Positions 1 through 9,682 of a stretch of DNA of 64,000 nt are shown one piece after another. Each line of letters opens with the position of its first letter. Positions within the stretch are counted from its first letter, which is position 1. The DNA comes from Thermoanaerobaculia bacterium (lineage in GTDB: Bacteria; Acidobacteriota; Thermoanaerobaculia; Gp7-AA8): assembly GCA_044866315.1 (NCBI GenBank), contig JBIOTX010000044.1, positions 10,596 to 74,595 on the forward strand. Reading direction: 5' to 3'. Both the position numbers and the translations under genes were made by a program. Below the pieces are notes generated by a model, which was given only the letters and a program-made list of their open reading frames with translations, did no database searches and was not told the DNA's origin.

Positions 1-683
1 TTGAGCGTTCCCAAATGGCGCGCCGCTGCGTCCACTGCTCACGCACCCTGGTCAGAAGTACACTTGTCACAAACGGTACGATGACTACTGTGCAGACGAG
101 CAGGACCCCGTCCGCGATGAGCGCGAAGACTGCGCCGCGGTCTTCGCGGTTCGAAGGCGTGGCGTCGTACATGACGCTCGCTCTCGCAAGGCCGACGGCG
201 CATGCGAGTGTCACGTAGCTAATGACAGCCAGCTTACGGTACGTCCGGTTCTCGGACTCTCGTATGTAATGAATGAGACCTATGAACGCGACGCTGAGCA
301 CAAAGACGTATGTCCAGCGGCTTTCCGGCGGCACGCCGAGGCTCTGAAACACCCGGAAATTGAGCGACGGTTCGGCCACGAGAAGAACAAGCAACACGGC
401 CAACGGCAGCACGAGGGGGCGCAGCTTCTTCCTGTCTCTGGCATTGTCCTCGTCATAGTCGCGTGCACGGGCGTCGGGTTGCAGGCGCTGGGCGATCTGC
501 CGATGATCCGCTCGCGCTGCCGCATCGAAATCGTCAGGACGTGGTCCCAGCTGCTCAACGATTATCGGATCTGCGTCGCTCTCACGCATGCGGGCGCTCA
601 GAGCTCCAAACCGCCGGACGGCTTCCACAACCTCGTCTTCAACACGAGGCTTTTGTCGATTACCGCGCAGCAGCAGCATGGCC
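1..683 (-). CDS. Partial CDS (N-terminal part; gene continues beyond window start): polytopic membrane protein of unknown function
   Basis: ATG at complement 681-683 opens a frame that stays open to position 1 and lacks a stop, so it is absent from the ORF track. The translation (MLLLRGNRQKPRVEDE...LVLPLAVLLVLLVAEP...WTYVFVLSVAFIGLIHYI...LAVISYVTLACAVGLA...VFALIADGVLLVCTVVIVPFVTSVLL) shows at least four hydrophobic helices. Its start overlaps the stop of the upstream lipoprotein gene by about 24 nt. Confidence 0.4.
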
Positions 684-1625
684 CACCTCCTCCGCGGCGA
701 AGTCCGGAACTCCGGAGGTGATCCGGACGCCAGAGGCGCCGGCCGCGCCGAGAACCGAGCGCCACGCGGCACGCACGGCTTCCTCCCGCGCGACGGTTGA
801 CTCGCAACGCCGACCGTGAACGGGCCCCGCGCCCACAAAGGTCAGATGAACGCTAATGCCTCGCAGCGACCCAGGCAGAAGTACGTCGGCTTCCTCTAGA
901 CGTCGTTCGAAATTTCCGGAGCCAACCTCACCGCATTCAAGGTCGCCGCCCACGCGAGACACCTCGCGAAGATCCGTGAGCACCACGAGATGGCGCTCGA
1001 CGCCGGGCGGGCCGGTTTCAAGCGCAATGCGGGCGACGGTCTCCGCAATCGGCGACCGTCTTGGCCGCCTGGAAAGGATGGGACGCGCCTTCCCAAGGAT
1101 TACCAGCGCTTCGCCTTTCACCCAATCCTCGCGTGCAGTGGCGAGTTGCCGAGGCGTCGTCTGCTTCAGCGGTGGCGACGTGCTCGTATGAAGGAGCACC
1201 GCTTCCTCTCCGCGCTCGCCTTGCAGGAACACGCGCACCAAGCTACCGGTGCTTCTGACAGCGTGGCGAAGCGACTCCGCGACCGCAGCGCTCAGCGTCG
1301 CCTCAGAACAGCTCGATCCCTCGCTGTGGTCACAGGAGAGATCGATTACCACCCGGGGAGGAGAAGCAGGGTCGATCACGCCGAGCGCGATTGCGAGCTT
1401 CGCGACGGGAAGGTCCCGCGACTTCTCTCCGCACGCCGCGAGCAGCAAACAACAGGAGCCCGCGATCGCAAGCGCGAGCGGCGTGAGACGCAAGGGGCCT
1501 AGAAGTGCAATCCAGGCACCCTTGACGGAATACGTCGTAAGTGGTCTACGAGCAACAACTTGCAGTGCACTCGGTCTTTTGGCATAAAGAGAGTGGTACC
1601 ACCGGATCCCGTGGGGTGTCTTCAT
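660..1625 (-). CDS. Putative lipoprotein, possibly vWA-like; function unknown
   Basis: N-terminal signal/lipobox-like stretch (LALAIAGSCCLLLAAC). Motifs VVIDLSCDHSEGSS and LVVLTDLRE faintly resemble vWA (MIDAS-like) elements. The gene appears translationally coupled to the downstream membrane-protein gene. Confidence 0.45.
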   Translation of the reverse strand: MKTPHGIRWYHSLYAKRPSALQVVARRPLTTYSVKGAWIALLGPLRLTPLALAIAGSCCLLLAACGEKSRDLPVAKLAIALGVIDPASPPRVVIDLSCDHSEGSSCSEATLSAAVAESLRHAVRSTGSLVRVFLQGERGEEAVLLHTSTSPPLKQTTPRQLATAREDWVKGEALVILGKARPILSRRPRRSPIAETVARIALETGPPGVERHLVVLTDLREVSRVGGDLECGEVGSGNFERRLEEADVLLPGSLRGISVHLTFVGAGPVHGRRCESTVAREEAVRAAWRSVLGAAGASGVRITSGVPDFAAEEVGHAAAAR

Positions 1626-2022
1626 CGGGCTAGCTCCATTAGCCTGTTAGGCCACCCGTCCGGGTTCCGGGCGTGCCGTGGGAGGGTGTTCGGACCCTCC
1701 CCGGCAACATCCCGCAGCCTTCATAGGCGGGCGGGGTCTAATCTTCACGGCCACGCGATATCGCGTTCAGGCCGTCTTTTTTTCTCTTCAAACTCTCGCT
1801 TTGGCATTCTCCATGTCGTACAAATTCATGACGCGCGTCGCGGGAGCATTTTCCAGGATCGCGTGGACCGAGTCGCTCCGTTCCCGAACGGGTGCGGTTT
1901 TTCGTGCCGCTTCGGGCACCCTACAGACCCGTGGAGGACAGGTCGACGGCTCCTGCACAGCCGTCAGGTGTAGTGCCACACGTCGGCCCACGCGATTCGT
2001 GCGTCAGCACTTGTTTGGTGGG

Positions 2023-4197
2023 TCAACGCGTGGCGACGGACAGCTCTAATGGCTGGTCGGCGAGTCGCGGCCACCATCCCGTCGCAACCGTGCGATTGGG
2101 CGTGGCGGCAACCTCTCGAACAAAAAACCCGGCGTCCCGCGCCGGCTCGAGCAACATGATTTCACGGCCCATATCGAACAGTCGACGTGTTCGCCCGGAG
2201 GAAAGCTCAGCTTCCATGACGCTGGAGCCTCTGGCGAAGTACACATGTTTTCCGTCATCGCTCCACCGCACTCTCCAGCCGTCGCCGTCGATTGCCTGCT
2301 TCGCGAGTCCGTGGACAGGCGGAAAATTCGCGATATAGACGCTGTAATGCTCACCGCGTTTAGCGACGAACGCCACGCGACTTCCGTCCGGGGAGAAACG
2401 CGCCGATTCCCCCTCCTCGTCGGGCGTTACGACAAATCGCTCAACGCGCCGAGGGTCACCGACAGGCATGAACCACAAGCTGCCGTCGCGATTTTGCCAC
2501 CTCTCAAGAAGCAAGAAGCCGCCATCCGGCGATATGTCTCTCGGCGCAACAATGTCAGATGAGGAAAGAACGGTACGAGGCCGGCCTCCGCTCGCGGAAA
2601 CGTCGACCGCGTAGATGTTTGCCCAGCTCTTGCCGACGTCTGCGTAGTACACAGTGCGATCGTCAGGCGAGAAGACTGGCGAACTCGGTCGATCAGCGTT
2701 GGCAACGAGGCGAACTCGTTCCCTGCCGTCAAGCGGATAGAGCCACAGGCTCGTTCTATCCTTAACATCGCCCCGTGCGACCAGGACCAGTTGATCTGTA
2801 GTCCGGCCGACAGCAACGTAGCGTATATCCTCCGGGTCAGAAATCGTCGCCCGGATAGTTCCATCTACGCCAAGAAGGTAAAGCGGCGGAATATGAGGCG
2901 GCGGCGTCACCACGAGCGCTGCCTCCGAAACCGAAAACCCAGCCTCGCCGGACAGATGATCCGCCCATACGGGCGATGCCACTGGCCGCTCCGGCGCCGT
3001 AAACCGTAATTGGCGGATGTCGAACCGTCGTGCGAAAAGGGTTCGCTCGCGTACGTAGAGCAAGTGCCCGTTGGCATACTGGACGCCGGTTGCAATCGGG
3101 AAGAGCAACTGCGTTGCCCGCGAGCGAAGGGAATACACCGCCGCCAGTCGACTCACCGTCCCGTTCGGAGCCTTCCTCGTGATGGTGAAAAGGATGCGGT
3201 CATCATCAGGCAGGAAGAACGGCAGCGAGTGGGCAATTTCATCTGGACGTACCTTGGTCAGTGCTTCCTCCGCGCCAGAGTCCGTCACTCTCAGCAGTCC
3301 CCGGCGAGAGCCCAAAACGATCGTGTTGCGGCCGTTCACAGTGCCTTTCAGCGCTTCAACGATGTTCGCCACGAGTTCCGGCGCGCCGCCATCGATACCG
3401 ATCTTCACGAGCCCTTTCTTGCTGATGAAAAAGATTGACCGGCTGTCTACGTTCCAGAAGAAATCGGTATAGGGACCTTCACTTGCGGGCAGCGGCCGCG
3501 TTCTGCGATCAGTAACCGAGTGGATGAAGAGCATCTGCTTCTTCGAAGGAAGCGCACGTGCCAAAAACGCGATCTGCGAGCCATCCGGTGACAGCTCCCC
3601 TCCAAATGCGCGGTCATAGACGTGGGACGCCTCTGCGGGAAGATCGAAGGTGACCAGAGGCGACACGTTTGTGGGTGAAGCAGCCGAGTGCCAAAGGCCG
3701 ATGAGCAATGCTGCGGTCACGCCGAGCGCAACGAAGAGAAAAAGTAACGTCCAGAGCCGGGCCGAGGCAGTCCATGACTTAAGCCGCGACCCAATATGAG
3801 TTTCCATATCGAGTGATCGGCTGTCGTACCTCGCATCGAACGAGATGAGATCGGGCGGAACGTCGCCATCTGAATGGCTCTTCGGTTCCTCCTCGGTTAT
3901 TTGGAGCGCCGGTCCGTCGGATGTTGGTTGCGCGGCGGACGTCGAACGGTATCCGGCCTCGTATGCCCTTGCTGCCGCCCGGAAGTCCTCTTGGGTCAGA
4001 CTCAGTTCCGCGCACAGATCGCGCAGGTTCTCGACACGGGGGTGCCGCGGCCGAGGGAACCTCATCCAGTTCCGGACCGTACGGGGCGTAACGCGCAACT
4101 GGCGAGCGAGCACCTCCACTCGGAGACCCTGCTCCTCTAGCGTTCGTCGGAGTAACTCGGCTGCGCCCTCATTCCAAAAACCGACGAGACGGGTCAT
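2023..4197 (-). CDS. Single-pass transmembrane transcriptional regulator: N-terminal XRE-type HTH, one TM helix, periplasmic TolB-like (PD40) beta-propeller
   Basis: Track ORF 2023..4320; the likelier start is MTRLVGFW (cat at 4195-4197). HTH segment LRDLCAELSLTQEDFRAAARAY. TM helix WTLLFLFVALGVTAALLIGLW. Repeated PD40-like motifs (SPDGSQIAF, FSPDDRTVYY, ISPDGGFLLL, FSPDGSRVAF). Confidence 0.6.
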   Translation of the reverse strand: MTRLVGFWNEGAAELLRRTLEEQGLRVEVLARQLRVTPRTVRNWMRFPRPRHPRVENLRDLCAELSLTQEDFRAAARAYEAGYRSTSAAQPTSDGPALQITEEEPKSHSDGDVPPDLISFDARYDSRSLDMETHIGSRLKSWTASARLWTLLFLFVALGVTAALLIGLWHSAASPTNVSPLVTFDLPAEASHVYDRAFGGELSPDGSQIAFLARALPSKKQMLFIHSVTDRRTRPLPASEGPYTDFFWNVDSRSIFFISKKGLVKIGIDGGAPELVANIVEALKGTVNGRNTIVLGSRRGLLRVTDSGAEEALTKVRPDEIAHSLPFFLPDDDRILFTITRKAPNGTVSRLAAVYSLRSRATQLLFPIATGVQYANGHLLYVRERTLFARRFDIRQLRFTAPERPVASPVWADHLSGEAGFSVSEAALVVTPPPHIPPLYLLGVDGTIRATISDPEDIRYVAVGRTTDQLVLVARGDVKDRTSLWLYPLDGRERVRLVANADRPSSPVFSPDDRTVYYADVGKSWANIYAVDVSASGGRPRTVLSSSDIVAPRDISPDGGFLLLERWQNRDGSLWFMPVGDPRRVERFVVTPDEEGESARFSPDGSRVAFVAKRGEHYSVYIANFPPVHGLAKQAIDGDGWRVRWSDDGKHVYFARGSSVMEAELSSGRTRRLFDMGREIMLLEPARDAGFFVREVAATPNRTVATGWWPRLADQPLELSVATR

Positions 4198-4467
4198 GGC
4201 ATCTCTCGCAAGCTTTCCTGATGTTTCCGAACGTTTCCGTCGGCATTTCCGATCATCGGCTCGACGTGGAAGGAGTAATGGACGAGTTTGGAGTCTAGTA
4301 CGAGGTATGGAAGGACACAAAGCCGAACGTCAGGAGACGAGACTGCACGGATCGTACACCTACATTCAGACAGCCATTCCCTCGGTGCAGGCGCACCTTT
4401 CGTCGCCGACGTCGTTTAGTAGACAGGATGCTAAAGCATCCAGCGTGTGAGTAAAAAAAGGAGGAGC

Positions 4468-6168
4468 ATGAACTCCGAGCTGGAAGAGGCGCTCACGTCT
4501 GTTCGGATCGGCAACCACGAACGGGCAAAGGCTCACCTGAAGGCATCCGGCATCGAGATACCGCGAGGCTATGTGGACGAGCGGCCCACTACGATGGAAG
4601 ATGTCGAGCGGCTGCGAGCGGTCACGCTCGCGGCCGAAATCGCCGAACACGACGGCGCATACGACCGCGCAAAGGCTTACCTCGCGCCGTTTCAGGAGGC
4701 GATCACGCCCACGCTCGAGGAAGAGGCACGAGCGCAAACACCAGATGTCGTGTTCAGCTCGCGTAACTTGCGGTGGCAGATCGTCCGGCAAGAGTTGTAC
4801 TACCTGTGGCAACTCTCGGTGGCCTCGTATCGCGCCGGCGAGTACCAAGAGAGTAGGCGTCAACTGCAGATCGCGCTTCGACTCGCGGAGAAATTGCGGC
4901 CCGACGCTGAGGGGCTTCTCACGCAGCTGTACTATGGCGCCGCCAAGCTCGCCTTTCACGAATCGGACTTCAGCCGTTCGATCGAGATGTATCGTGCTTC
5001 ACTTTCCAAAGCTGCGGAGCGCATCAGCGAACGACAACATCGGAGCCAAGTTCGTCCTGTGGACAGGAGTGCGGCCCGCTACAACATCGGCAAGGCGCTC
5101 GCGCTTGGACTCGGACAGTGCATGCGCGAGCAGGGACGATTGGCAGAGGCGCGGACCGTGGTCATCGCCGGCCGCCTCCTTCTTGACCTAACGCCGGACA
5201 CGGTACTCAGACATCATGCGCGCATGTTGCTTGGCTCGATCGAGCGTGGTTCGGCAGGCGAGGATAATGTGGAACTTTTGACGTCCGCGCGCGAAAACCT
5301 AAATGCATGTGTCGCCTTTTTTGACGAACATGGTGGAGATCCGTGGTTCCGTGCGCACTACGAGCTTGCCCTCGCTATGATGCAACAGCGCCAGACCGCG
5401 GAAGCTCGCCGCGAAATTACTACTATGCTGCACAAGGCACAAACAGTGCGGCCACCCAAAGCCAAGTGGATCGCGAACGCACAGATCGCGCTTTCTCGAA
5501 TTGAGCGGCGGGCGGGAAATCATGTAAGCGCAGTGGCCGCGGCTCGCACCGGCTTACAGGTAGCTTCGTGCGCCATGATTGATCGCATCGCGCGCCGTGC
5601 ACGCACGACGTTGGCAATTGCACTCGGCGACATGGCGATGAGCAACAATCCGATTGAGATTGATCGTCTCGATGAAGTCGAGAGCGAGCTCAAAAACGCG
5701 CGTCGGGCTTTGGACGATGGAGATACTCGAAACCAAGTTATGCTGCTTCTCGTCGGTGCCCGCGTACGAATCGCGCGCGGAGATATGGCGGAGGCGCAGC
5801 GCCAATATGATGACTACAGGAAAATCGGCCGATCAGTGGAGGGCGGTCGAGTCAGGGAGATGGCGGAAGAAGTTCGTCGCGCGCTAGAACGCGGCACAAC
5901 GCTCTTTTGCGCTCCGGTAGACCAGCCTGAGGCTGATTTCGATTACGCCCGCAACATTGCAGCCTTCGAGCAATATCTTCTTCAAAAAGTGCAGCGCGTG
6001 ATGCCGAACGCACGCCCGGGAGCTCTCGCAGGGAAGCTCAGGATGTCAAAGAAGTCGCTGAAGTCTTTGGAAAGGAGAGTCGTTGATGCTGGATCGTCTC
6101 GAAGCGATACACACGGTGAGTTCACGCTCGAGGCCACGGCTAGTAATCGAGCCGATCCTGCATGTTAA
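4468..6168 (+). CDS. TPR-like helical repeat protein with C-terminal Fis-type HTH-like tail (putative regulator)
   Basis: Strong SD aaggagg lies 5 nt before ATG 4468, and the track start 4447 would sit inside that SD. The protein is all-alpha with TPR-like repeats. The C-terminal segment ALAGKLRMSKKSLKSLERR resembles the HTH_8 (Fis/NtrC C-terminal) pattern. Confidence 0.5.
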   Translation: MNSELEEALTSVRIGNHERAKAHLKASGIEIPRGYVDERPTTMEDVERLRAVTLAAEIAEHDGAYDRAKAYLAPFQEAITPTLEEEARAQTPDVVFSSRNLRWQIVRQELYYLWQLSVASYRAGEYQESRRQLQIALRLAEKLRPDAEGLLTQLYYGAAKLAFHESDFSRSIEMYRASLSKAAERISERQHRSQVRPVDRSAARYNIGKALALGLGQCMREQGRLAEARTVVIAGRLLLDLTPDTVLRHHARMLLGSIERGSAGEDNVELLTSARENLNACVAFFDEHGGDPWFRAHYELALAMMQQRQTAEARREITTMLHKAQTVRPPKAKWIANAQIALSRIERRAGNHVSAVAAARTGLQVASCAMIDRIARRARTTLAIALGDMAMSNNPIEIDRLDEVESELKNARRALDDGDTRNQVMLLLVGARVRIARGDMAEAQRQYDDYRKIGRSVEGGRVREMAEEVRRALERGTTLFCAPVDQPEADFDYARNIAAFEQYLLQKVQRVMPNARPGALAGKLRMSKKSLKSLERRVVDAGSSRSDTHGEFTLEATASNRADPAC

Positions 6169-6294
6169 ATGATCATCCGGATACCAGGACTCGACGGATT
6201 CGAGGTGATCGCCGCGTCCGGTTGGCGAAGGGAAAGCAGCCTGACGGCTCACACTTGTCCGGTGATCGCGAGCGCTGTCTTCGAGGGAGGATGA
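6169..6294 (+). pseudogene. Remnant of a response-regulator receiver domain (41-codon fragment)
   Basis: An ATG immediately follows the TAA stop of the upstream gene. The translation MIIRIPGLDGFEVIAASGWRRESSLTAHTCPVIASAVFEGG carries the receiver-domain mid-section signature (MPGMDGFE...T.PVIMLTA-like) but lacks the N-terminal acidic pocket and the C-terminal Lys. Confidence 0.3.
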
Positions 6295-6458
6295 ACGACT
6301 ACTTCGGCAGCCGCCATCATATCAACCACTTTGTTATTGCTGACCTCCTAGCCCCTTGATTTCCGTGCGCCGCCTGTCACGGGATGATCCGGTGCTGTGA
6401 TGCCGTTCGCGCGACGGTGTGGATTCGACCGTGTAGTCGTCTCCACAGGTCTCGCGAT

Positions 6459-7259
6459 CTAAGTTTTTGAAAACGCTGCCACTTCGTCGCTGCCGCCGAG
6501 GAGAGGCTTCTGGAAAAAGGAAGTGGTGTTCCTTCGAAGGAAGTCATGAAGAGCGGTGAAACGTCCCTCTGCTTCTGCGGAGCACGGAAGGGTCGTTACT
6601 AAGATTGGTGGTTCAGCTTGCCGGACGCACTCATTGATTGCCAATGCTCTTCGCTCCGAGACGGTGAACACGATCCCGAGCGCGGGCGCGTCCGCCGCCC
6701 ACTCCGCGAGCTGCAGGCGAAGGCGCTCCAGTTTCGGCTGAAAGACGCCACGAATCGATTCGCCGCCGAGATCGACTTCGCACGCGAGCACGCCGCCGCG
6801 AATTCCATCCGGTTGCCAGATGCAAAGGAAGTCCGGAACAACCGGTACCCTCTTACCCAAGCGCCTTTGCAGCGTCCACGCGGGAAGCGCTACGTCGGGA
6901 ACTGGTGACAGCCGCGCGGCAGCCACCCGAAGGTCGTTTATCCAGAGGAGATGAGCGAGATCTTTGAGTGCTGTCGGACGACGCGGCGCGAAGAGATCCG
7001 TCGATCGAACGCCGGAGGACACGAGGAAGTCACGACCCGCAGGCGTAAGTCGCAGCCGATTCACGCCGGTACGATTCAGCCGCTCCACTGCGATCAGTTT
7101 GCGCGCCGTCCACCGCTTCACGAAGCGCGAAACCACCGTCGGCGCGCGGCCGGCGAATACCGACGCGTGCAATTGATACTGAGCGACCTCGTAGCCTCTG
7201 CCGATGAAAGCCAGTCCTTCGAGGTCGCGTCCGCTGAGTCGAAGCGTACTAGTCGTCAT
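6459..7259 (-). CDS. Winged-helix protein, possibly replication-relaxation family or PD-(D/E)xK-like; function unknown
   Basis: N-terminal wHTH-like region (LSGRDLEGLAFIGRGYEVAQYQL...LIAVERLNRTGVNRLRLTPAGRDFL). Mid-region VPDFLCIW...VLACEVDLGGES hints at nuclease-like acidic residues. It is the last gene of an operon that also holds the MTase pseudogene. Confidence 0.45.
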   Translation of the reverse strand: MTTSTLRLSGRDLEGLAFIGRGYEVAQYQLHASVFAGRAPTVVSRFVKRWTARKLIAVERLNRTGVNRLRLTPAGRDFLVSSGVRSTDLFAPRRPTALKDLAHLLWINDLRVAAARLSPVPDVALPAWTLQRRLGKRVPVVPDFLCIWQPDGIRGGVLACEVDLGGESIRGVFQPKLERLRLQLAEWAADAPALGIVFTVSERRALAINECVRQAEPPILVTTLPCSAEAEGRFTALHDFLRRNTTSFFQKPLLGGSDEVAAFSKT

Positions 7260-7346
7260 CGACTCGTGTTAACCGCGGCAATACACGCATCCACATCGGT
7301 CCGGGAACAGAAGCCGATTCTGGCGAATCGAGCGAATCCGGGGGGT

Positions 7347-8375
7347 TCACTCCGCGCCATGTCGTTCGCGCCGCGAGCGCGCGCGCCGAGATCGACGCGC
7401 CGGAGCCGGGCGGCGGGATGCGACGCAGGTGTTGTTTGTGGCGAGCACTTGCGCCTCGCGACTCGCTCGAGCGATGCGTGAAGCCGCGATCGAGAAGTAG
7501 TGCGCGTCGAGCTCGATGCCCACATAGCGGCCGCCGAGGAGCTTCGCCGCAACGCATGTCGTCCCCGATCCCAGGAAAGGATCGAGGACGCAATCACCGT
7601 TCGTGGTGAAGAGTTGGATGAAGAAGAGTGGCAAGGCGAGCGTGAAGGCCGCGCTGCGTCCCCGATTCTGGCATTCGGTCGCGACATGCAGTACGTTCGT
7701 CGGATACACGAGCTCTCGCCCGACACACGCCTTAAGCCGGCGTCCGAAGCCGCTTCCGCTCGCTGAAGCCGTCCGGGTGTTATCCGCGGCGCTCAGGTGC
7801 GCCAGCCGCTTGCGCGTCGCAAGTGCCGCTGGTACCCGCACCGCGTCCTGGTACATCGCGAAATGGGGCACCTTGTTGAATTGCAGCAGCCGCTCCCACG
7901 CGTTGCGGAGTCGGTTTCGCCAACGTCCGGGAAAGCAGTTGCGCTTGTGCCAAATGAACTCCTCCGTCCAGAGCCATCCTTGCGCCGGAGGGCAAGGATG
8001 AGTTCGAGGACATACGGGTGCCGTTCGCCACGCGCGGCGTGCTCGCGGATGTTCAAGATGAAGGTTCCGGTGGGCTTCAGGACGCGCTTTAGCTCATGGG
8101 GCGATGGGCAAGAACCAGGCGATGTAGTCCTCGGCCTTCACGCCGCCGTACGTTGCCTTTCGCTGTTCGGCGTAGGGCGGCGAGGTGAAGACGAGATCGA
8201 CCGTCTCGTCTCGCAGTTCACGGAGGCGCCGCGCGCAATCGCCGATAAGGAGCGTCTGATCCATCTTGGTCGTCGTGCCGCGAAGCCAAGCGGCGCTCCG
8301 CACGCGACTCAACGTACGACTAAAGGCAACGACGGACCAGACGCGCTGGTCCCAGACAGGAAATGTGCCGTTCAA
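7347..8375 (-). pseudogene. N4/N6 (beta-class, pfam01555-like) DNA methyltransferase disrupted by two frameshifts
   Basis: Motif IV DLVFTSPPY sits in ORF 8094..8375. The continuation ELKRVLKPTGTFILNI is in a second frame (track ORF 7793..8056). The remainder, WLWTEEFIWHKRNCFPGRW...HVATECQNRG...LALPLFFIQ...DPFLGSGTT (motif I), is in the third frame and ends at 7347. So two frame changes occur, near 8094 and near 8030. Confidence 0.6.
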
Positions 8376-8482
8376 GAGAATTACGACTGGCGAACGTTTT
8401 ACCCGCCACAGACTGATGGAGGTGCGGGCGACGAGTGGCCGCCGTCCGCGTGGTCCCTGCGCTTACGCCGCAGAGGGGCGTG

Positions 8483-8728
8483 TCATGGAGCAACTACCGT
8501 CATCCGGTTTTGAACGCGAAGGGCGACTTTCCCCGGGATCCGAATGTTGCGGTACGTTCGCCTGCCGGTCACCTGTATCCGAAAGATCAGGGTACCCGGC
8601 TCCCGGACGAAGAGGCGCCGGATTGATTCGGGTGACATGTTCCAGAGAAAAGCCAATTCCTTCACCGAATAGCAGTAATTCGGATCGAGGATGGACGTTT
8701 GTTCCAAGCCGAACCTCCATACGGGCAA
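8483..8728 (-). CDS. Excisionase/MerR-like HTH_17 DNA-binding protein
   Basis: YSVKELAFLWNMSPESIRRLFVREPGTLIF...RRTYRNIRIPGKVAL matches the Xis/HTH_17 pattern (helix-turn-helix followed by R..RIP). A longer overlapping ORF, 8463..8996, sits in another frame and has no recognisable features. Confidence 0.5.
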   Translation of the reverse strand: MPVWRFGLEQTSILDPNYCYSVKELAFLWNMSPESIRRLFVREPGTLIFRIQVTGRRTYRNIRIPGKVALRVQNRMTVVAP

Positions 8729-9111
8729 GTTCGGTGTCCCCGCTTACCCCGATCCGAGCGGGTGAGTCCGGGCCACTCCGGACGCAGAAAGAATAGCTGA
8801 GTTGTGGCAGCGTTTCACACGTCCTGCCCGGCTCATGGCCGTCTTGTGAAACCGCGCGATGGGTAAGCTGCCGAGGAAGCGCCGCGATTTCCTCGCCGAT
8901 CGCGCCTTGCGCGAGTTTCGCGATGAAGATGTTCCCCTCCTCCATCATGGCCCCGAAAGTCGATCCTGTTCTCGCGCTGCACCACCATCTGGCCACGATC
9001 TCGGCCAGAGAACGAATCGACCCGTGTGACGATCCGCCCCCCCCCCGGCGGGCGGCTGTGGGGGCGGCCGTGGGGCTCGGGAGTGGTGTCTGCGGTGGAC
9101 TTGTCTACAGA

Positions 9112-9675
9112 TCAACTGTAGCTTTGTACGAGCCGAAACATCTGATCCGACAAATCCTCTGGGTCACCGACATTCAACAAGACATGGTCGAAGAGTGAAA
9201 TGTTGTCCACATAATAACGAAACACAACCCACACCTTGTTCTTGCGAATTCGCGTTTCATCTTGATCGGTCGCGCCGATCAGTATTTGATTTGACTCGGT
9301 AGATTCCGGGTCTGGCGGCGCGTATAGATAGACGAGCTTCATGAGCGGGCCGAGGGCCGCCTTTAACGCAGGGATCGCCGACTTCATATTGCTGCAGATC
9401 AGCATGCAATGTCGACCTAACCGCAATGCAGCGTAGATGTCCTCAGTCGAGATGCCATAATGTGACTTATAGTTGCCGTATACCACATGGTAACGTTTTC
9501 GATCAATTCGTCTAACGTGAATCATCTCGGGACCGTCAGTCGTCTTGCGTCTTCGTGTGGTCACCTTCGGGATGACGATCATGTGTCGCTCGCCCATGTC
9601 TCGGACGGATCGCAAGAGAACCCCCTTGCCCGCACCGGAGGCCGCGACAATGACGAAAAGCGTTGGTTGCCGCAT
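9112..9675 (-). CDS. Guanylate-kinase-like P-loop kinase paralog (GK-like 1)
   Basis: Walker A VIVAASGAGKGVLL; NMP-binding-like KVTTRRRKTTDGPEMIHV; Y..YG.S (YGNYKSHYGIST); C-terminal NISLFDHVLLN (GMPK-like FDyvivN). Confidence 0.6.
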   Translation of the reverse strand: MRQPTLFVIVAASGAGKGVLLRSVRDMGERHMIVIPKVTTRRRKTTDGPEMIHVRRIDRKRYHVVYGNYKSHYGISTEDIYAALRLGRHCMLICSNMKSAIPALKAALGPLMKLVYLYAPPDPESTESNQILIGATDQDETRIRKNKVWVVFRYYVDNISLFDHVLLNVGDPEDLSDQMFRLVQSYS

Positions 9676-9682
9676 GTCCGCG

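Noticed and set aside
4366-4959. 197-aa minus-strand ORF
   Set aside because: It is antisense to the TPR regulator gene.
8463-8996. 177-aa minus-strand ORF overlapping the HTH_17 ORF
   Set aside because: It lies in a different frame and has no recognisable features, whereas the 81-aa frame has a clear excisionase-type HTH. It is retained only as an unresolved alternative.
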